Positions 33,992-38,957 of a stretch of DNA of 38,957 nt are shown here, one piece after another. Position 1 is the stretch's first letter. Each line of letters opens with the position of its first letter. A program made the position numbers and the translations under genes. A model generated the notes under the pieces. It was not told the origin of the DNA. It did not search any database and saw only the letters and a list, made by a program, of their open reading frames with translations. Source of the stretch: a virus; the IMG/VR virus record IMGVR_UViG_3300045988_085954; one strand, written 5' to 3'.

Positions 33992-36634
33992 TTATGCAAA
34001 ACAGAAATCTGATTTTGCCACTAAATCAAGGTCGAGAGTGCCAAACTTTGGTAACTCTGGTACTTCATCGAGATCATCAATAAGATAGCTCACGGACTCT
34101 AGGAATCCTGCGAGGTGATTCTGGTCTTTATAAAGACCAATAAATTCATCTCTGATAGTCTTGTAGAGACTCCCGGCATGGGCGGCATCTGTTCCGAAAC
34201 TGTCATGTATCATCATAAAGTTTCGATTGCCCTTCAGGTGCTCCGAGACCACTACCCTCTGTAGATGGCTTGCATCCATGCTATGAATGAAGTTGGGCGC
34301 TATGCCGTTCTGCTGTCTCCTATTGTCAATCTCATCGGTCTCCTCTTGATTGTAGAAGCGTACCTGAGAGCCATCAAAGCGCAACTTTATGCACTCTTGT
34401 CGCATCTTCATGTAGTTCTGCTGAACTAAGAAGCCGTTCGGCGTTGTCCATGAAACTACCTCTCCAGATTGGCAGATAAGTCTTGCAACCTTCTGCAACC
34501 ATTCCATACCTTCAACAGCCTTGACAACAGTTGTCGCTACAGCTTCCCATATCAATTTAGCCATGTAGACAGCGGCCTGATTAGTATTCAAGAATGGACT
34601 GTTGTCTGGATGGTCAAGGACATACGGGTGGATGATGTCGGTCAGCAAATTTTCCTTGAATCCATACTGCTTTGACCCATACGCCAAGGTCATTACTGAC
34701 CGCTTGCAGACCTTGCGGGTAATGCCATCCTTGCCAAACTTGATACGATTGAAGGCTACCCAATTCTGTGCGAGTGTCTTCGTTCCATACTTGTAGGAAT
34801 CGGAACCTTCTTTTTTCTCGTCCTCTGTCCCCGTCTGGACATCCTTGAGGAGCTGAACATTTACCTTATCAGCTACGATTGAATAGATGTCTTGCACCTT
34901 GTCCGAGGGTACGAGGTTTACGGCAAAACCACCTACCTCATCCCGGAGGAGGGCTGAGAAGTGTTGCAGGCCGGAGCATGTACCATCAAACGCCAAGGGC
35001 AGATTCGACATAAATCCCTTGACAGAACCACTGTTTTCTGCCTTGTAGTCATTTAGGCGTTTCCATTCGTGACAGAAGGACAAAAATTCCATCGGGTAAT
35101 CACCTTTAGACACCTCATACCACCATGTGTAACCTAGAGGGTCTTCTGCACTTGCGATAATATCGACTGTATGCTCCTTGACCCATGCTACACGGTCGGC
35201 AAATGCTATCTTGTCGTTACCTGCAAGGTTTGCGCCGTGGATAGCCATCCACTTGTCATCCCCTTCAGCCAATGGCGAAGGATTTGCGAACAGGAGCAGG
35301 GATTTCTGGATGTCATCCCCTTGCGGACTCAGCGCGGTCGGGATAGGATAGCAACGACCACGATAATCTACGTTCCACGGAAAGTAAATTTTGTCATACT
35401 CGCTGAACTTTTCGGCCACCTTGAGTGCCAAAAGGCATCTAAGGGCTTTGCTCTTGCGTGCTTCTTCCTGCTTGTAGAGGCCTACGGCTTTCTTTTTGTG
35501 CTCCTTCACTTGCTCTTCAGGCGCATCCTCTGGGAGGCGTGGGAGTGTCTGATACGGTTCCGTCCTAGGAACGCCACCGAGTTCACCACCAGACGCATAG
35601 ATTTCCTTGAGTGTCTGCAAGATAAATGGATTGATGATAAAAGGCGTATCCTGCATGGCATTGAGAGCGTCATAAACTACTCCAAGGTCAATCGCTGACA
35701 GTTTCTTATTGTAGGCTTTCAGAAACTTTGTTTTTGTCTGTACCTTCAGCCGGATGAGCTGAGTGCCTAGCACGGACTCGCCATAATAGCCTCCATCATG
35801 TGGGTCAGTCCAATGGCGCGGCGGAATAATAGTTGGCATGTAGCGGACTGCATTCGCAATCATGTGGGACTCGTTGCTTTCCCATGTAGCCTTAAACCAA
35901 TCCGTAGCATCCACAGCTTTGATATGCTTTGTCCCCCGGCCTGTGCTTACCTCCCTTTCACGAATGACATAGTAATCGGAGCCTGCAATGAGCATTTCAA
36001 GCACCTTTGCGCCTAGGACTTCTACCTGCTGATTTGACCAAGCGAGACCTACATATCCTTCCTTGTTCATGCGGTTTGTTGCATAGGCCACACGATAAGA
36101 CGAACGTACACGCTGTTCTATGCCTTTGTCCATTGACTTTTTCAGCCATTTGACATCTGTATCCTTGTTGACCTCTTCCCATTGATAGAAGCGTTCAATA
36201 TCCGCTTCTCGCTTGATTTGCATCCCAATCAGCATAGCCACATTGGATAGGGTGGTCTGTGTTGTATCATGCGACATCAACACGGCATCCATCGCCTTGC
36301 TGTGTCCGGCGAGGACTAGGAGGTCTTCCAAAGCCTCCTCTTTTTCCCGATAGATGACTAAAAGTTCTTTCATTGGCAGGAGCCAAGCGCCTTGCGTGGT
36401 CTTCTTAGGGTGCTTTGCGTCCTCTAGGAGAGCGTGGATATTCTTGCGGCATGTCTCCCATGAGTGCTTCATGAGCTTGCCTGCTAGGTGCCCTTCGCCG
36501 CCTTCTCCCTCGCGCTTTGCCTTGTCAAGAGCTTCCTTCAGGTGCTCCTCTGCTTCCTGCTTTGCCTCCGCTTCTAGGAGGAGCTCCTGTGTGTAGAGCC
36601 CTCCGTATAGCTTTTCATATTCTTCAAATTTCAT
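33992..36634 (-). CDS. Single-subunit DNA-directed RNA polymerase (T7 gp1-like)
   Basis: 880 aa. Motif A DGTCSGLQHFSA, motif C IHDSFGT and a C-terminal ...DFCFA match T7 RNAP. A TGGAGG ribosome-binding site is present. Confidence 0.95.
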   Translation of the reverse strand: MKFEEYEKLYGGLYTQELLLEAEAKQEAEEHLKEALDKAKREGEGGEGHLAGKLMKHSWETCRKNIHALLEDAKHPKKTTQGAWLLPMKELLVIYREKEEALEDLLVLAGHSKAMDAVLMSHDTTQTTLSNVAMLIGMQIKREADIERFYQWEEVNKDTDVKWLKKSMDKGIEQRVRSSYRVAYATNRMNKEGYVGLAWSNQQVEVLGAKVLEMLIAGSDYYVIREREVSTGRGTKHIKAVDATDWFKATWESNESHMIANAVRYMPTIIPPRHWTDPHDGGYYGESVLGTQLIRLKVQTKTKFLKAYNKKLSAIDLGVVYDALNAMQDTPFIINPFILQTLKEIYASGGELGGVPRTEPYQTLPRLPEDAPEEQVKEHKKKAVGLYKQEEARKSKALRCLLALKVAEKFSEYDKIYFPWNVDYRGRCYPIPTALSPQGDDIQKSLLLFANPSPLAEGDDKWMAIHGANLAGNDKIAFADRVAWVKEHTVDIIASAEDPLGYTWWYEVSKGDYPMEFLSFCHEWKRLNDYKAENSGSVKGFMSNLPLAFDGTCSGLQHFSALLRDEVGGFAVNLVPSDKVQDIYSIVADKVNVQLLKDVQTGTEDEKKEGSDSYKYGTKTLAQNWVAFNRIKFGKDGITRKVCKRSVMTLAYGSKQYGFKENLLTDIIHPYVLDHPDNSPFLNTNQAAVYMAKLIWEAVATTVVKAVEGMEWLQKVARLICQSGEVVSWTTPNGFLVQQNYMKMRQECIKLRFDGSQVRFYNQEETDEIDNRRQQNGIAPNFIHSMDASHLQRVVVSEHLKGNRNFMMIHDSFGTDAAHAGSLYKTIRDEFIGLYKDQNHLAGFLESVSYLIDDLDEVPELPKFGTLDLDLVAKSDFCFA

Positions 36635-36654
36635 ATACTTGTGCCTCCATCTGG

Positions 36655-36687
36655 TTTTTCTCTATCTTGTGTCTCACCTAAATTTGT
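36655..36687 (-). promoter_or_regulatory. Phage-RNAP promoter immediately upstream of the RNAP gene (autoregulatory), with an inverted core copy facing the plus-strand gene
   Basis: Plus strand ttttctctatcttgtgtctcacctaaatttg. Its inverted copy gtagacacaagg lies at 36695-36706, so cttgtgtct and agacacaag form a 9-bp inverted repeat with a 22-nt spacer. Confidence 0.55.
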
Positions 36688-36751
36688 ATTACATGTAGAC
36701 ACAAGGCTAACTATACAATTTGTAAAACATGTGGTAGCATGTTATAGGGTG

Positions 36752-37372
36752 ATGAAAATGGATTTTGATGAAAAAGATGAAGCTATCCGCTTTCGCCTTT
36801 CAACTAGCATGAAGAGGAAACTTCAACTCATTGCAATGCGTCGCGGTCTCAATATGTCCCAATTCATCCGCAATTACATTGAGACAATCATTAATGAGGA
36901 TGAGAATCAAGACATGCTTGCCGCGCGTGATGCTAGGTATCTAGTGAATCCAAAAGATGAGGATGAAAATCCTTATGGTTCTATTGTTTCCACGAGGGTG
37001 CCAACAGAATTGAAAACCTTGTATAATGCCTGCTGTTCCTCTAATAGCTTGAAAGCTAGCGAGCTTATACGGAACTTCATGCGCGACTATACGGAATTTA
37101 GATTGCAGATGTACCCCGGTCACCTAAGGTCTCTATCAGGGTATCTAAGCTATTTCCTGCTGTTCCTAAGGATGGCAGAGTACCACAAAGGGAAGGCTTT
37201 CAAGTCTTGCCGTATGGTACACGCAAAGAACAAGATCATACCAGATACACCTATCATAGAAAAAGTTACTGCCTGTACTTATCGCGTAAATGACATATTA
37301 GCGGACTGCTATTACATCATTGAATTTGAAGATATAACTAATGTGAATGTCTCTTTTTCTCCCTTTGACTGA
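36752..37372 (+). CDS. Tandem ribbon-helix-helix (RHH) DNA-binding protein, the only plus-strand gene
   Basis: Two RHH units: IRFRLSTSMKRKLQLIAMRRGLNMSQFIRNYIETII and IVSTRVPTELKTLYNACCSSNSLKASELIRNFMRDY, each with a beta-strand with alternating polar residues followed by two helices, then a C-terminal domain of about 90 aa. The start is ATG 36752 or 36758, after an AGGGTGA site. The gene is convergent with the early genes. Confidence 0.6.
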   Translation: MKMDFDEKDEAIRFRLSTSMKRKLQLIAMRRGLNMSQFIRNYIETIINEDENQDMLAARDARYLVNPKDEDENPYGSIVSTRVPTELKTLYNACCSSNSLKASELIRNFMRDYTEFRLQMYPGHLRSLSGYLSYFLLFLRMAEYHKGKAFKSCRMVHAKNKIIPDTPIIEKVTACTYRVNDILADCYYIIEFEDITNVNVSFSPFD

Positions 37373-37382
37373 TACCTACACA

Positions 37383-37415
37383 CGAGACACAAGCAACTTT
37401 TTACCTTGTGTCTCG
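37383..37415. other. Perfect 11-bp-stem hairpin between convergent genes, built from the phage-promoter core
   Basis: cgagacacaag (37383-37393), loop caactttttac, cttgtgtctcg (37405-37415). It sits between the RHH-gene stop (37372) and the SprT-like gene stop (37432). Confidence 0.6.
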
Positions 37416-37431
37416 CCTTGCAGGAGCTGTT

Positions 37432-37959
37432 TTATTCACCTTTCATCAATGAAAAGTGCTGATGACCACATTTACATTTCCAGTTAGTTGCATGATGGTC
37501 AGCTACGGCCTTGATAAACTTTGTCCGGCGCATGAATCGCCATGTAGCCCCACAATTATCACACTTGACCACATACCTATAGGCGATTTCATAAGCCTTA
37601 ATTGAGTGCGGAGATTTATATGTGATTTTAATGCCATAGATACTTCCGACCTTCTTTGCAAGTCCCTGCCATTCCTCATCATGCCCGGAGTCATAGGAGG
37701 CCATTGCATGGCACAGCTCGTGCAGAATAGTTTCCTTGACGGCCTCCCATCCATCTACTACACGATATGCAGAGATCCCGAGGATAAACGTAGGAGAATC
37801 ACGATATAATCTGCAATAACCATGATGATTAAAACGAGCGTTGAAGTCGATTTTCTCTAACTTCCTGATGGAAAACCCCTGCTCTTTTAGCTCCTTGATA
37901 TACTGCATGGTCATCGCCTGCACGCGCTTTTTAGCCTCCGGCGTCCATTTTGCTTTCAT
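37432..37959 (-). CDS. SprT-like Zn metalloprotease with C-terminal Zn-ribbon
   Basis: HExxH motif ILHELCHAMASYD in a SprT-like context, plus C-terminal CDNCG...CKCGH. Confidence 0.65.
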   Translation of the reverse strand: MKAKWTPEAKKRVQAMTMQYIKELKEQGFSIRKLEKIDFNARFNHHGYCRLYRDSPTFILGISAYRVVDGWEAVKETILHELCHAMASYDSGHDEEWQGLAKKVGSIYGIKITYKSPHSIKAYEIAYRYVVKCDNCGATWRFMRRTKFIKAVADHHATNWKCKCGHQHFSLMKGE

Positions 37960-38069
37960 CTGTCATCATTCCTTTCAGACATAAGTAGTAACTCCGGAAA
38001 CCTGATGGCTTCCATGAGTGCCTTATGGTTGCCCATAAGACACCTAGCAAACCACAGATTACTTAATTT

Positions 38070-38429
38070 TTATTCTTCCTCCTTCGCCAACTTCAGCACG
38101 ATACGGCTTGCCTGATACAAAGCGCGTGCCTGCACCTTCAGCCATGATTCCCGGCTGTTCGGTGGGAGGATTCCACCTTTTGTGCGCCGGATCTCCCATG
38201 GTGCGCTGAGGCGCTTGCAAATCTCCTCGTCTGTGATGAGGGAACAGCTGCCCTCGCTGTATTCTTTCCAATCCCTTGCGCCGTTCAGCAGGCGCGACTC
38301 CGTTACTTTCCCGTCATCCTTGATATTGTCTAGGAGCTCATCGGCGTACAGGAGCACTCCGCGGCTCCATGCAGAGCGCGCCTTGCGATACCGGGCCTCT
38401 AACTCAATGCTGATACTTTTTGCGTTCAT
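38070..38429 (-). CDS. Early hypothetical protein on a GC-rich segment
   Basis: 119-aa ORF. Local GC is about 55-57% against about 44% for the genome. No recognisable motif. Confidence 0.4.
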   Translation of the reverse strand: MNAKSISIELEARYRKARSAWSRGVLLYADELLDNIKDDGKVTESRLLNGARDWKEYSEGSCSLITDEEICKRLSAPWEIRRTKGGILPPNSRESWLKVQARALYQASRIVLKLAKEEE

Positions 38430-38522
38430 GATATTTCCTCCTTTTGTGTGACATGTGGTAATTTAGGAGTCCTATAGCCTCCGTGGGATGTCCCAGAGAT
38501 TACCCTGAGACATCCTCGCAAA

Positions 38523-38741
38523 CTAGTCGTAAAGATGCATCATATCTGCAAGTTCATACCGAATGAAATCATGCAACTGAACTTCGCCGGGTACGTCTTC
38601 GGCGAAATGTGCTGCCATAGTGATCATAGCTTCCTCTTCCCTACCCTGCTTTTCGATTTCTTCGAGCACCGGCACAGCGCCCGCCCACTCATTCTCCTTG
38701 ATGTCCTCCCAGTTCATGGCCCTTTCTACACAGATATACAT
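38523..38741 (-). CDS. First early gene, small acidic protein
   Basis: An AAGGGAG site sits 8 nt upstream of the ATG. The 72-aa product is rich in Glu/Asp. It is the first gene after the left terminal repeat, in the T7 gene 0.3 position. Confidence 0.4.
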   Translation of the reverse strand: MYICVERAMNWEDIKENEWAGAVPVLEEIEKQGREEEAMITMAAHFAEDVPGEVQLHDFIRYELADMMHLYD

Positions 38742-38892
38742 CTTTATGTCTCCCTTCTATTACCAGACATGCATTAGCGGCTCACCAATACAACCAGGAT
38801 TAAAAATTGAATAATCAGCAGAATGAAGTTATACATTTCTTCCCTCTTTTCTCATCTTGTGATATAATTTAGGTAATCGGGAGGTTGCCTGC

Positions 38893-38957
38893 CTGTGACT
38901 AGCCCGGCTAGCCTCCCTTTGGTTACCTAAGGACGATGGCAACAACCAGACTTGCTA
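38893..38957. repeat. 65-bp exact direct terminal repeat (copy 2)
   Basis: Identical to 1-65. Confidence 0.8.

Noticed and set aside
36684-36745. Candidate sigma70 -35/-10 pairs for the plus-strand RHH gene (TTGTAT...TAACTA, TTGTAA...TATAGG)
   Set aside because: All candidate hexamers match the consensus poorly or have wrong spacing. Expression may depend on the inverted phage-promoter core instead. Left as unresolved rather than annotated.
38838-38868. Plus-strand extended -10 element TGaTATAAT (38860-38868) reading into the terminal repeat
   Set aside because: It has a good -10 but no -35 and points away from all genes. It partly resembles a degenerate copy of the phage-promoter core (tcatcttgtgatataat). 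A convincing sigma70 promoter for the early genes on the minus strand in 38742-38892 could not be identified by eye, so no host promoter is called.
1-38957. Looked for integrase/excisionase pair, repressor/Cro pair, tRNAs, CRISPR repeats and DNA ligase
   Set aside because: No tyrosine or serine recombinase motifs, no cloverleaf-like conserved tRNA segments noticed, and no short direct repeat arrays with unique spacers. No ligase (T7 1.3) or protein kinase (0.7) homologue is present. The phage looks strictly lytic apart from the unusual RHH gene.

Overview
The window is one complete genome of a T7-like (Autographiviridae-like) podovirus, 38,957 bp long. Its two ends share a 65-bp exact direct repeat (1-65 = 38893-38957). 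Every gene except one lies on the minus strand, so the biological gene order runs from 38957 down to 1. Starting from the left end, that order is: (1) small early genes in a GC-rich stretch, including a SprT-like Zn-protease; (2) a single plus-strand gene encoding a tandem ribbon-helix-helix (RHH) protein; (3) a T7-type single-subunit RNA polymerase, then a terminator, then an origin-like AT-rich region carrying two phage promoters; (4) a replication and nucleotide-metabolism module (dUTPase, SSB with gp2.5-type acidic C-terminal Phe, endonuclease I, a truncated gp3.5-lysozyme homologue, primase-helicase, the anaerobic ribonucleotide reductase pair NrdD/NrdG, family-A DNA polymerase, an interrupted methyltransferase-like gene, flavin-dependent thymidylate synthase ThyX, an FtrC-like 4Fe-4S protein, a Zn-ribbon protein, 5'-3' exonuclease); (5) structural genes (portal, scaffold, capsid, tail tubular proteins A and B, three internal virion proteins with gp16 carrying a peptidoglycan-hydrolase domain, and a tail fiber split into three genes); (6) a lysis cassette (TcdE-like holin, Amidase_2 endolysin, a membrane-anchored coiled-coil protein); and (7) small and large terminase subunits plus a right-end HTH protein. 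A conserved phage-promoter motif, sense strand 5'-TAGGTGAGACACAAGACAGAG-3', recurs at least eight times upstream of gene blocks. No integrase, tRNA or CRISPR array is present. An anaerobic RNR, a TcdE-type holin, strong GGAGG ribosome-binding sites and roughly 44% GC suggest an anaerobic (gut?) Firmicutes-type host, but this is only an inference. The ORF track accepts ATG, GTG and TTG starts and reports the longest ORF, so several starts were re-assigned using ribosome-binding sites and stop/start overlaps.
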